From positions 2,790,001 through 2,854,000 of the forward strand of contig OZ024757.1 of assembly GCA_964016885.1 (NCBI GenBank): a stretch of DNA of 64,000 nt. The letters are read 5' to 3'. Below, piece after piece: positions 48,401-63,400 of this stretch (positions are counted from its first letter, which is position 1; the number at the start of each line of letters is the position of its first letter). The notes below the pieces were generated by a model. That model worked only from the letters and a program-made list of their open reading frames with translations, ran no database searches and had not been told where the DNA came from. Both the position numbers and the translations under genes were made by a program. The stretch is from Eledone cirrhosa (lineage: Eukaryota).

Positions 48401-51400
48401 GTGATTCTAACCACATGTCAGTAGTATCAGAGGTGTGATCTCTCAATTCAGAGATTCTTTCCTGAGACATTCTAACCAGATGTCTGTAGTATCAGAGCTG
48501 TGATCTCTCAATTCAGAGATCATTTCCTGAAACATTCTAACTACATGTCTGTAGTATCAGAGCTGTGATCCCTCAATTTAGAGTTTCTTTCCTGAGACAT
48601 TCTAAGCACATGTCTATAGTATCAGAGCTGTGATCTCTCAATTCAGAAATTCTTTCCTGAGATATTCTAACCACATATCGGTAGTATCAGAGCTGTGATC
48701 TCTCAATGCAGAGATTCTTTCCTGAGACATTCTAACAACATGTCTATAGTATCAGACCTGTTTTCTCTCAATTCAGAGATTCTTTCCTGAGACATTCTAA
48801 CCACATGTCTAAAGTATCAGAGCTGTGATCTCTCAATTCAGAGATTCTTTCCTGAGACATTCAAACCACATGTCTGTAGTATCAGAGGTGTGATCTCTCA
48901 ATTCAAAGATTCTTTCCTGAGACATTCTAACTACATGTCTGTAGTATCAGAGCTGTGATATCTCAATTCAGAGATTCTTTCCTGACACATTCTAACCACA
49001 TGGCTGTAGTATCAGAGCTGTGATCTCTCAATTCAAAGATTCTTTCCTGATATAATTCTAAACACATATCTATAGTATCAGAGCTGTGATCTCTCAATTC
49101 AAAGATTCTTTCCAGAGATATTCTTACCACATGTTTGTAGTATCAGAGCTGTGATCTCTCAATTCAGAGATTCTTTCCTGAGACATTCTAACCAGATGTC
49201 TATAGTTTCAGAGCTTTGATATCTCAATTCAGAGATTCTTTCCTGAGACATTCTAACCACATGTCTATCGTATCAGAGCTGTGATCTCTCAATTCAGAGA
49301 TTCTTTCCTGAGACATTCTAACCACATGGCTGTAGTATCAGAGCTGTGATCTCTCAATTCAAAGATTCTTTCCTGAGATAATTCTAACCACATATCTATA
49401 GTATCAGAGCTGTGACCTCTCAATTCAAAGATTCTTTCCAGAGATATTCTTACCACATGTCTGTAGTATCAGAACTGTGATCTCTCAATTCAGAGATTCT
49501 TTCCTGAGACATTCTAACCACATGTCTGTAGTATCAGAGCTGTGATCTCTCAATTCAGAGATTCTTTCCTGAGACATTCTAGCCACATGTCTATAGTATC
49601 AGAGCTGTGATCTCTCAATTCAGAGATTCTTTCCTGAGTGATTCTAACCACATGTCAGTAGTATCAGAGGTGTGATCTCTCAATTCAGAGATTCTTTCCT
49701 GAGACATTCTAACCAGATGTCTGTAGTATCAGAGCTGTGATCTCTCAATTCAGAGATTCTTTCCTGAGACATTCTAAACACATGACAATAGTAACAGAGC
49801 TGTGATCTCTCAATTCAGAGATTCCTTCCAGAGACACACTAACCACATGTCTGTATTATCAGAGCTGTGATCTCTCAATTCAGAGTTTCTTTCCTGAGAC
49901 ATTCTAAGCACATGTCTATAGTATCAGAGCTGTGATCTCTCAATTCAGAGATTATTTCCTGAGACATTCTAACTACATGTCTGTAGTATCAGAGCTGTGA
50001 TCTCTCAATTTAGAGATTCTTTTCTGAGACATTCTAACCACATATCTGTAGCATCAGAGCTGTGAACTCTCAATTCAGAGTTTCTTTCGTGAGACATTCT
50101 AAGCACATGTCTATAGTATCAGAGCTGTGATCTCTCAATTCAGAAATTCTTTCCTGAGACATTCTAACCACATATCGGTAGTATCAGAGCTGTGATCTCT
50201 CAATGCAGAGATTCTTTCCTGACACATTCTAACCACATGGCTGTAGTATCAGAGCTGTGATCTCTCAATTCAAAGATTCATTCCTGAGATAATTCTAACC
50301 CCATATCTATAGTATCAGAGCTGTGATCTCTCAATTCAGAAATTCTTTCCTGAGACATTCTAACCACATATCGGTAGTATCAGAGCTGTGATCTCTCAAT
50401 GCAGAGATTCTTTCCTGACACATTCTAACCACATGTCTATAGTATCAGAGCTGTGATCTCTCAAATCAGAGATTCTTTCCTGAGGCATTCTAACCACATG
50501 TCTAAAGTATCAGAGCTGTGATCTCTCAATTCAGAGATTCTTTCCTGAGACATTCAAACCACATGTCTATAGTATCAGAGCTGTGATCTCTCAATTCAGA
50601 GATTCTTTCCTGAGGCATTCTAACCACATGTCTAAAGTATCACAGCTGTGATCTCTCAATTCAGAGATTCTTTCCTGAAACATTCAAACCACATGTCTGT
50701 AGTATCAGAGGTGTGATCTCTCAATTGAAAGATTCTTTCCTGAGACATTCTAACTACACATCTGTAGTATCAGAGCTGTAATCTCTCAATTCATAGATTC
50801 TTTCCAGAGACATTCTAACCCCATGACCATAGTATCAGAGCTGTGATCTCTCAATTCAGAGATTCTTTCCAGAGACATTCTAACCACATGTCTATAGTAT
50901 CAGCGCTGTGATCTCTCCATTCAGAGATTCTTTCCTGAGACATTCTAACCACATGTCTGTAGTATCAGAGCTGTGATCTCTCAATTCAGAGATTCTTTCC
51001 TGAGACATTCTAACCACATGGCTGTAGTATCAGAGCTGTGATCTCTCAATTCAAAGATTCTTTCCTGAGATAATTCTAACCACATATCTATAGTATCAGA
51101 GCTGTGATCTCTCAATTCAAAGATTCTTTCCAGAGATATTCTTACCACATGTCAGTAGTATCAGAGCTGTGATCTCTCAATTCAGAGATTCTTTCCTGAG
51201 ACATTCTAACCACATGTCTGTAGTATCAGAGCTGTGATCTCTCAATTCAGAGATTCTTTCCTGAGACATTCTAGCCACATGTCTATAGTATCAGAGCTGT
51301 GATCTCTCAATTCAGAGATTCTTTCCTGAGTGATTCTAACCACATGTCAGTAGTATCAGAGGTGTGATCTCTCAATTCAGAGATTCTTTCCTGAGACATT

Positions 51401-54400
51401 CTAACCAGATGTCTGTAGTATCAGAGCTGTGATCTCTCAATTCAGAGATTCTTTCATGAGACATTCTAAACACATGACAATAGTAACAGAGCTGTGATCT
51501 TTCAATTCAGAGATTCCTTCCAGAGACACACTAACCACATGTTTGTAGTATCAGAGCTGTGATCTCTCAATTCAGAGTTTCTTTGCTGAGACATTCTAAG
51601 CACATGTCTATAGTATCAGAGCTGAGATCTCTCAATTCAGAGATTATTTCCTGAGACATTCTAACTACATGTCTGTAGTATCAGAGCTGTGATCTCTCAA
51701 TTTAGAGATTCTTTTCTGAGACATTCTAACCACATATCTGTAGTATCAGAGCTGTGAACTCTCAATTCAGAGTTTCTTTCCTGAGACATTCTAGTCACAT
51801 GTCTATAGTATCAGAGCTGTGATCTCTCAATTCAGAGATTATTTCCTGAGATATTCTAACTACATGTCTGTAGTATCTGAGCTGTGATCTCTCAATTTAG
51901 AGATTCTTTCCTGAGACATTCTAACAACATATCTGTAGTATCGGAGCTGTGATCTCTCAATTCAGAGTTTCCTTCCTGAGACATTCTAAGCACATGTCTA
52001 TAGCATCAGAGCTGTGATCTCTAAATTCAAAAATTCTATCCTGAGATATTCTAACCACATATCGGTAGTATCAGAGCTGTGATCTCTCAATTCAGAGATT
52101 CTTTCCTGAGACATTCAAACCACATGTCTGTAGTATCAGAGGTGTGATCTCTCAATTCAAAGATTATTTCCTGAGACATTCTAACCTAATGACAATAGTA
52201 TCAGAGCTGTGATCTCTCAATTCAGAGATTCTTTCCAGAGACATTCTAACCACATGACCATAGTATCAGAGCTGTGATCTCTCAATTCAGAGATTCTTTC
52301 CAGAGACATTCTAACCCAATGTCTATAGTATCAGAGATGTGATCTCCCCATTCAGAGATTCTTTCCTGAGACATTCTAACCACATGTCTGTAGTATCAGA
52401 GCTGTGATCTCTCAATTCAGAGATTCTTTGCTGAGACATTCTAACCACATATCTATAGTGTCAGAGCTGTGATCTCTCAATTCAGAGATTCTTTCCTGAG
52501 ACATTCTAATCACATGGCTGTAGTATCAGAGCTGTGATCTCTCAATTCAGAGACTCTTTCCTGAGGCATTCTAACCACATGTCTAAAGTGTCAGAGCTGT
52601 GATCTCTCAATTCAGAGATTCTTTCCTGAGACATTCAAACCACATGTCTGTAGTATCAGAGCTGTGATCTCTCAATTCAAAGATTCTTTCCTGAGATAAT
52701 TCTAACCACATATCTATAGTATCAGAGCTGTGATCTCTCAATTCAAAGACTCTTTCCAGAGATATTCTTACCACATGTCTGTAGTATCAGAGCTGTGATC
52801 TCTCAATTCAGAGATTCTTTCCTGAGACATTCTAACCACATGTCTGTAGTATCAGAGCTGTGATCTCTCAATTCAGAGATTCTTTCCTGAGACATTCTAG
52901 CCACATGTCTATAGTATCAGATCTGTGATCTCTCAATTCAGAGATTCTTTCCTGAGTGATTCTAACCACATGTCAGTAGTATCAGAGGTGTGATCTCTCA
53001 ATTCAGAGATTCTTTCCTGAGACATTCTAACCAGATGTCTGTAGTATCAGAGCTGTGATCTCTCAATTCAGAGATCATTTCCTGAAACATTCTAACTACA
53101 TGTCTGTAGTATCAGAGCTGTGATCCCTCAATTTAGAGTTTCTTTCCTGAGACATTCTAAGCACATGTCTATAGTATCAGAGCTGTGATCTCTCAATTCA
53201 GAAATTCTTTCCTGAGATATTCTAACCACATATCGGTAGTATCAGAGCTGTGATCTCTCAATGCAGAGATTCTTTCCTGAGACATTCTAACAACATGTCT
53301 ATAGTATCAGACCTGTTTTCTCTCAATTCAGAGATTCTTTCCTGAGACATTCTAACCACATGTCTAAAGTATCAGAGCTGTGATCTCTCAATTCAGAGAT
53401 TCTTTCCTGAGACATTCAAACCACATGTCTGTAGTATCAGAGGTGTGATCTCTCAATTCAAAGATTCTTTCCTGAGACATTCTAACTACATGTCTGTAGT
53501 ATCAGAGCTGTGATATCTCAATTCAGAGATTCTTTCCTGACACATTCTAACCACATGGCTGTAGTATCAGAGCTGTGATCTCTCAATTCAAAGATTCTTT
53601 CCTGATATAATTCTAAACACATATCTATAGTATCAGAGCTGTGATCTCTCAATTCAAAGATTCTTTCCAGAGATATTCTTACCACATGTTTGTAGTATCA
53701 GAGCTGTGATCTCTCAATTCAGAGATTCTTTCCTGAGACATTCTAACCAGATGTCTATAGTTTCAGAGCTTTGATATCTCAATTCAGAGATTCTTTCCTG
53801 AGACATTCTAACCACATGTCTATCGTATCAGAGCTGTGATCTCTCAATTCAGAGATTCTTTCCTGAGACATTCTAACCACATGGCTGTAGTATCAGAGCT
53901 GTGATCTCTCAATTCAAAGATTCTTTCCTGAGATAATTCTAACCACATATCTATAGTATCAGAGCTGTGACCTCTCAATTCAAAGATTCTTTCCAGAGAT
54001 ATTCTTACCACATGTCTGTAGTATCAGAACTGTGATCTCTCAATTCAGAGATTCTTTCCTGAGACATTCTAACCACATGTCTGTAGTATCAGAGCTGTGA
54101 TCTCTCAATTCAGAGATTCTTTCCTGAGACATTCTAGCCACATGTCTATAGTATCAGAGCTGTGATCTCTCAATTCAGAGATTCTTTCCTGAGTGATTCT
54201 AACCACATGTCAGTAGTATCAGAGGTGTGATCTCTCAATTCAGAGATTCTTTCCTGAGACATTCTAACCAGATGTCTGTAGTATCAGAGCTGTGATCTCT
54301 CAATTCAGAGATTCTTTCCTGAGACATTCTAAACACATGACAATAGTAACAGAGCTGTGATCTCTCAATTCAGAGATTCCTTCCAGAGACACACTAACCA

Positions 54401-57400
54401 CATGTCTGTATTATCAGAGCTGTGATCTCTCAATTCAGAGTTTCTTTCCTGAGACATTCTAAGCACATGTCTATAGTATCAGAGCTGTGATCTCTCAATT
54501 CAGAGATTATTTCCTGAGACATTCTAACTACATGTCTGTAGTATCAGAGCTGTGATCTCTCAATTTAGAGATTCTTTTCTGAGACATTCTAACCACATAT
54601 CTGTAGCATCAGAGCTGTGAACTCTCAATTCAGAGTTTCTTTCGTGAGACATTCTAAGCACATGTCTATAGTATCAGAGCTGTGATCTCTCAATTCAGAA
54701 ATTCTTTCCTGAGACATTCTAACCACATATCGGTAGTATCAGAGCTGTGATCTCTCAATGCAGAGATTCTTTCCTGACACATTCTAACCACATGGCTGTA
54801 GTATCAGAGCTGTGATCTCTCAATTCAAAGATTCATTCCTGAGATAATTCTAACCCCATATCTATAGTATCAGAGCTGTGATCTCTCAATTCAGAAATTC
54901 TTTCCTGAGACATTCTAACCACATATCGGTAGTATCAGAGCTGTGATCTCTCAATGCAGAGATTCTTTCCTGACACATTCTAACCACATGTCTATAGTAT
55001 CAGAGCTGTGATCTCTCAAATCAGAGATTCTTTCCTGAGGCATTCTAACCACATGTCTAAAGTATCAGAGCTGTGATCTCTCAATTCAGAGATTCTTTCC
55101 TGAGACATTCAAACCACATGTCTATAGTATCAGAGCTGTGATCTCTCAATTCAGAGATTCTTTCCTGAGGCATTCTAACCACATGTCTAAAGTATCACAG
55201 CTGTGATCTCTCAATTCAGAGATTCTTTCCTGAAACATTCAAACCACATGTCTGTAGTATCAGAGGTGTGATCTCTCAATTGAAAGATTCTTTCCTGAGA
55301 CATTCTAACTACACATCTGTAGTATCAGAGCTGTAATCTCTCAATTCATAGATTCTTTCCAGAGACATTCTAACCCCATGACCATAGTATCAGAGCTGTG
55401 ATCTCTCAATTCAGAGATTCTTTCCAGAGACATTCTAACCACATGTCTATAGTATCAGCGCTGTGATCTCTCCATTCAGAGATTCTTTCCTGAGACATTC
55501 TAACCACATGTCTGTAGTATCAGAGCTGTGATCTCTCAATTCAGAGATTCTTTCCTGAGACATTCTAACCACATGGCTGTAGTATCAGAGCTGTGATCTC
55601 TCAATTCAAAGATTCTTTCCTGAGATAATTCTAACCACATATCTATAGTATCAGAGCTGTGATCTCTCAATTCAAAGATTCTTTCCAGAGATATTCTTAC
55701 CACATGTCAGTAGTATCAGAGCTGTGATCTCTCAATTCAGAGATTCTTTCCTGAGACATTCTAACCACATGTCTGTAGTATCAGAGCTGTGATCTCTCAA
55801 TTCAGAGATTCTTTCCTGAGACATTCTAGCCACATGTCTATAGTATCAGAGCTGTGATCTCTCAATTCAGAGATTCTTTCCTGAGTGATTCTAACCACAT
55901 GTCAGTAGTATCAGAGGTGTGATCTCTCAATTCAGAGATTCTTTCCTGAGACATTCTAACCAGATGTCTGTAGTATCAGAGCTGTGATCTCTCAATTCAG
56001 AGATTCTTTCATGAGACATTCTAAACACATGACAATAGTAACAGAGCTGTGATCTTTCAATTCAGAGATTCCTTCCAGAGACACACTAACCACATGTTTG
56101 TAGTATCAGAGCTGTGATCTCTCAATTCAGAGTTTCTTTGCTGAGACATTCTAAGCACATGTCTATAGTATCAGAGCTGAGATCTCTCAATTCAGAGATT
56201 ATTTCCTGAGACATTCTAACTACATGTCTGTAGTATCAGAGCTGTGATCTCTCAATTTAGAGATTCTTTTCTGAGACATTCTAACCACATATCTGTAGTA
56301 TCAGAGCTGTGAACTCTCAATTCAGAGTTTCTTTCCTGAGACATTCTAGTCACATGTCTATAGTATCAGAGCTGTGATCTCTCAATTCAGAGATTATTTC
56401 CTGAGATATTCTAACTACATGTCTGTAGTATCTGAGCTGTGATCTCTCAATTTAGAGATTCTTTCCTGAGACATTCTAACAACATATCTGTAGTATCGGA
56501 GCTGTGATCTCTCAATTCAGAGTTTCCTTCCTGAGACATTCTAAGCACATGTCTATAGCATCAGAGCTGTGATCTCTAAATTCAAAAATTCTATCCTGAG
56601 ATATTCTAACCACATATCGGTAGTATCAGAGCTGTGATCTCTCAATTCAGAGATTCTTTCCTGAGACATTCAAACCACATGTCTGTAGTATCAGAGGTGT
56701 GATCTCTCAATTCAAAGATTATTTCCTGAGACATTCTAACCTAATGACAATAGTATCAGAGCTGTGATCTCTCAATTCAGAGATTCTTTCCAGAGACATT
56801 CTAACCACATGACCATAGTATCAGAGCTGTGATCTCTCAATTCAGAGATTCTTTCCAGAGACATTCTAACCCAATGTCTATAGTATCAGAGATGTGATCT
56901 CCCCATTCAGAGATTCTTTCCTGAGACATTCTAACCACATGTCTGTAGTATCAGAGCTGTGATCTCTCAATTCAGAGATTCTTTGCTGAGACATTCTAAC
57001 CACATATCTATAGTGTCAGAGCTGTGATCTCTCAATTCAGAGATTCTTTCCTGAGACATTCTAATCACATGGCTGTAGTATCAGAGCTGTGATCTCTCAA
57101 TTCAGAGACTCTTTCCTGAGGCATTCTAACCACATGTCTAAAGTGTCAGAGCTGTGATCTCTCAATTCAGAGATTCTTTCCTGAGACATTCAAACCACAT
57201 GTCTGTAGTATCAGAGCTGTGATCTCTCAATTCAAAGATTCTTTCCTGAGATAATTCTAACCACATATCTATAGTATCAGAGCTGTGATCTCTCAATTCA
57301 AAGACTCTTTCCAGAGATATTCTTACCACATGTCTGTAGTATCAGAGCTGTGATCTCTCAATTCAGAGATTCTTTCCTGAGACATTCTAACCACATGTCT

Positions 57401-60400
57401 GTAGTATCAGAGCTGTGATCTCTCAATTCAGAGATTCTTTCCTGAGACATTCTAGCCACATGTCTATAGTATCAGAACTGTGATCCCTCAATTCAGAGAT
57501 TCTTTCCTGAGTGATTCTAACCACATGTCAGTAGTATCAGAGCTGTGATCTCTCAATTCAGAGATTCTTTCCTGAAACATTCTAACTACATGTCTGTAGT
57601 ATCAGAGCTGTGATCCCTCAATTTAGAGATTCTTTCCTGAGACATTCTAACCACATATCTGTAGTATCAGAGCTGTGATCTCTCAATTCAGAGTTTCTTT
57701 CCTGAGACATTCTAAGCACATGGCTGTAGTATCAGTGCTGTGATCTCTCAATTCAGAAATTCTTTCCTGAAATATTCTAACCACATATCGGTAGTATCAG
57801 AGCTGTGATCTCTCAATGCAGAGATTCTTTCCTGAGACATTCTAACCACATGTCTAAAGTATCAGAGCTGTGATCTCTCAATTCAGAGATTCTTTCCTGA
57901 GACATTCAAACCACATGTCTGTAGTATCAGAGGTGTGATCTCTCAATTCAAAGATTCTTTCCTGAGACATTCTAACTACATGTCTGTAGTATCAGAGCTG
58001 TGATCTGTCAATTCAGAGATTCTTTCCAGAGACATTCTAACCACATGACCATAGTATCAGAGCTGTGATCTCTCAATTCAGAGATTCTTTCCAGAGACAT
58101 TCTAACCACATGTCTACAGTATCAGAGATGTGATCTCTCCATTCAGAGATTCTTTCCTGAGACATTCTAACCACATGTCTGTAGTATCAGAGCTGTGATA
58201 TCTCAATTCAGAGATTCTTTCCTGACACATTCTAACCACACGTCTATACTATCAGAGCTGTGATCTCTCAATTCAAAGATTCTTTCCTGATATAATTCTA
58301 ACCACATATCTATAGTATCAGAGCTGTGATCTCTCAATTCAAAGATTCTTTCGAGAGATATTCTTACCACATGTTTGTAGTATCAGAGCTGTGATCTCTC
58401 AATTCAGAGATTCTTTCATGAGACATTCTAACCACATGTCTGTAGTATCAGAGCTGTGATCTCTCAATTCAGAGATTCTTTCCAGAGACATTCTAGCCAC
58501 ATGTCTATAGTATCAGAGCTGTGATTTCTCAATTCAGAGATTCTTTCCTGAGTGATTCTAACCACATGTCTGTAGTATCAGAGGTGTGATTTCTCAATTC
58601 AGAGATTCTTTCCTGAGACATTCTAACCAGATGTCTATAGTTTCAGAGCTTTGATCTCTCAATTCAGAGATTCTTTCCTGAGACATTCTAACCACATGTC
58701 TATAGTATCAGAGCTGTGATCTCTCAATTCAGAGATTCTTTCCTGAGACATTCTAACCACATGGCTGTAGTATCAGGGCTGTGATCTCTCAATTCAAAGA
58801 TTCTTTCCTGAGATAATTCTAACCACATATCTATAGTATCAGAGCTGTGATCTCTCAATTCAAAGATTCTTTCCAGAGATATTCTTACCACATGTCTGTA
58901 GTATCAGAGCTGTGATCTCTCAATTCAGAGATTCTTTCCTGAGACATTCTAGCCACATGTCTAAAGTATCAGAGCTGTGATCTCTCAATTCAGAGATTCT
59001 TTCCTGAGTGATTCTAACCACATGTCAGTAGTATCAGAGGTGTGATCTCTCAATTCAGAGATTCTTTCCTGAGACATTCTAACCACATGTCTACAGTATC
59101 AGAGAAGTGATCTCTCCATTCAGAGATTCTTTCGTGAGACATTCTAACCACATTTCTGTAGTATCTGAGCTGTGATCTCTCAATTAAGAGATTCTTTCCT
59201 GAGACATTCTAACCACATGGCTGTAGTATCAGAGCTGTGATCTCTCAATTCAAAGATTCTTTCCTAATATAATTCTAACCACATATCTATAGTATCAGAG
59301 CTGTGATCTCTCAATTCAAAGATTCTTTCGAGAGATATTCTTACCACATGTTTGTAGTATCAGAGCTGTGATCTCTCAATTCAGAGATTCTTTCCTGAGA
59401 CATTCTAACCACATGTCTGTAGTATCAGAGCTGTGATCTCTCAATTCAGGGATTCTTTCCAGAGACATTCAAGCCACATGTCTATAGTATCAGAGCTGTG
59501 ATCTCTCAATTCAGAGATTCTTTCCTGAGTGATTCTATCCACATGTCTGTAGTATCAGAGGTGTGATTTCTCAATTCAGAGATTCTTTCCTGAGACATTC
59601 TAACCAGATGGCTATAGTTTCAGAGCTTTGATCTCTCAATTCAGAGATTCTTTCCTGAGACATTCTAACCACATGTCTATAGCATCAGAGCTGTGATCTC
59701 TCAATTCAGAGATTCTTTCCTGAGACATTCTAACCACATGGATGTAGTATCAGAGCTGTGATCTCTCAATTCAAAGATTCATTCCTGAGATAATTCTAAC
59801 CCCATATCTATAGTATCAGAGCTGTGATCTCTCAATTCAGAAATTCTTTCCTGAGACATTCTAACCACATATCGGTAGTATCAGAGCTGTGATCTCTCAA
59901 TGCAGAGATTCTTTCCTGACACATTCTAACCACATGTCTATAGTATCAGAGCTGTGATCTCTCAAATCAGAGATTCTTTCCTGAGGCATTCTAACCACAT
60001 GTCTAAAGTGTCAGAGCTGTGATCTCTCAATTCAGAGATTCTTTCCTGAGACATTCAAACCACATGTCTGTAGTATCAGAGGTGTGATCTCTCAATTCAA
60101 AGATTCTTTCCTGAGACATTCTAACTACATGTCTGTAGTATCAGAGCTGTAATCTCTCAATTCATAGATTCCTTGCAGAGACATTCTAACCCCATGACCA
60201 TAGTATCAGAGCTGTGATCTCTCAATTCAGAGGTTCTTTCCAGAGACGTTCTAACCACATGTCTATAGTATCAGAGCTGTGATCTCTCCATTGAGAGATT
60301 CTTTCCTGAGACATTCTAACCACATGGCTGTAGTATCAGAGCTGTGATCTCTCAATTCAAAGATTCTTTCCTGAGATAATTCTAACCACATATCTATAGT

Positions 60401-63400
60401 ATCAGAGCTGTGATCTCTCAATTCAAAGACTCTTTCCAGAGATATTCTTACCACATGTCTGTAGTATCAGAGCTGTGATCTCTCAATTCAGAGATTCTTT
60501 CCTGAGACATTCTAACCACATGTCTGTAGTATCAGAGCTGTGATCTCTCAATTCAGAGATTCTTTCCTGAGACATTCTAGCCACATGTCTATAGTATCAG
60601 AACTGTGATCTCTCAATTCAGAGATTCTTTCCTGAAACATTCTAACTACATGTCTGTAGTATCAGAGCTGTGATCCCTCAATTTAGAGATTCTTTCCTGA
60701 GACATTCTAACCACATATCTGTAGTATCAGAGCTGTGATCTCTCAATTCAGAGTTTCTTTCCTGAGACATTCTAAGCACATGGCTGTAGTATCAGAGCTG
60801 TGATCTCTCAATTCAGAAATTCTTTCCTGAAATATTCTAACCACATATCGGTAGTATCAGAGCTGTGATCTCTCAATGCAGAGATTCTTTCCTGAGACAT
60901 TCTAACCACATGTCTAAAGTATCAGAGCTGTGATCTCTCAATTCAGAGATTCTTTCCTGAGACATTCAAACCACATGTCTGTAGTATCAGAGGTGTGATC
61001 TCTCAATTCAAAGATTCTTTCCTGAGACATTCTAACTACATGTCTGTAGTATCAGAGCTGTGATCTATCAATTCAGAGATTCTTTCCAGAGACATTCTAA
61101 CCACATGACCATAGTATCAGAGCTGTGATCTCTAAATTCAGAGATTCTTTCCAGAGACATTCTAACCACATGTCTACAGTATCAGAGATGTGATCTCTCC
61201 ATTCAGAGATTCTTTCCTGAGACATTCTAACCACATGTCTGTAGTATCAGAGCTGTGATATCTCAATTCAGAGATTCTTTCCTGACACATTCTAACCACA
61301 CGTCTATACTATCAGAGCTGTGATCTCTCAATTCAAAGATTCTTTCCTGATATAATTCTAACCACATATCTATAGTATCACAGCTGTGATCTCTCAATTC
61401 AAAGATTCTTTCGAGAGATATTCTTACCACATGTTTGTAGTATCAGAGCTGTGATCTCTCAATTCAGAGATTCTTTCCTGAGACATTCTAACCACATGTC
61501 TGTAGTATCAGAGCTGTGATCTCTCAATTCAGAGATTCTTTCCAGAGACATTCTAGCCACATGTCTATAGTATCAGAGCTGTGATTTCTCAATTCAGAGA
61601 TTCTTTCCTGAGTGATTCTAACCACATGTCTGTAGTATCAGAGGTGTGATTTCTCAATTCAGAGATTCTTTCCTGAGACATTCTAACCAGATGTCTATAG
61701 TTTCAGAGCTTTGATCTCTCAATTCAGAGATTCTTTCCTGAGACATTCTAACCACATGTCTATAGTATCAGAGCTGTGATCTCTCAATTCAGAGATTCTT
61801 TCCTGAGACATTCTAACCACATGGCTGTAGTATCAGGGCTGTGATCTCTCAATTCAAAGATTCTTTCCTGAGATAATTCTAACCACATATCTATAGTATC
61901 AGAGCTTTGATCTCTCAATTCAAAGATTCTTTCCAGAGATATTCTTACCACATGTCTGTAGTATCAGAGCTGTGATCTCTCAATTCAGAGATTCTTTCCT
62001 GAGACATTCTAGCCACATGTCTAAAGTATCAGAGCTGTGATCTCTCAATTCAGAGATTCTTTCCTGAGTGATTCTAACCACATGTCAGTAGTATCAGAGG
62101 TGTGATCTCTCAATTCAGAGATTCTTTCCTGAGACATTCTAACCACATGTCTACAGTATCAGAGATGTGATCTCTCCATTCAGAGATTCTTTCGTGAGAC
62201 ATTCTAACCACATTTCTGTAGTATCTGAGCTGTGATCTCTCAATTAAGAGATTCTTTCCTGAGACATTCTAACCACATGGCTGTAGTATCAGAGCTGTGA
62301 TCTCTCAATTCAAAGATTCTTTCCTAGAATAATTCTAACCACATATCTCTAGTATCAGAGCTGTGATCTCTCAATTCAAAGATTCTTTCGAGAGATATTC
62401 TTACCACATGTTTGTAGTATCAGAGCTGTGATCTCTCAATTCAGAGATTCTTTCCTGAGACATTCTAACCACATGTCTGTAGTATCAGAGCTGTGATCTC
62501 TCAATTCAGAGATTCTTTCCAGAGACATTCTAGCCACATGTCTATAGTATCAGAGCTGTGATCTCTCAATTCAGAGATTCTTTCCTGAGTGATTCTATCC
62601 ACATGTCTGTAGTATCAGAGGTGTGATTTCTCAATTCAGAGATTCTTTCCTGAGACATTCTAAGCAGATGTCTATAGTTTCAGAGCTTTGATCTCTCAAT
62701 TCAGAGATTCTTTCCTGAGACATTCTAACCACATGTCTATAGCATCAGAGCTGTGATCTCTCAATTCAGAGATTCTTTCCTGAGACATTCTAACCACATG
62801 GCTGTAGTATCAGAGCTGTGATCTCTCAATTCAAAGATTCATTCCTGAGATAATTCTAACCCCATATCTATAGTATCAGAGCTGTGATCTCTCAATTCAG
62901 AAATTCTTTCCTGAGACATTCTAACCACATATCGGTAGTATCAGAGCTGTGATCTCTCAATGCAGAGATTCTTTCCTGACACATTCTAACCACATGTCTA
63001 TAGTATCAGAGCTGTGATCTCTCAAATCAGAGATTCTTTCCTGAGGCATTCTAACCACATGTCTAAAGTGTCAGAGCTGTGATCTCTCAATTCAGAGATT
63101 CTTTCCTGAGACATTCAAACCACATGTCTGTAGTATCAGAGGTGTGATCTCTCAATTCAAAGATTCTTTCCTGAGACATTCTAACTACATGTCTGTAGTA
63201 TCAGAGCTGTAATCTCTCAATTCATAGATTCTTTGCAGAGACATTCTAACCCCATGACCATAGTATCAGAGCTGTGATCTCTCAATTCAGAGGTTCTTTC
63301 CAGAGACGTTCTAACCACATGTCTATAGTATCAGAGCTGTGATCTCTCCATTGAGAGATTCTTTCCTGAGACATTCTAACCACATGGCTGTAGTATCAGA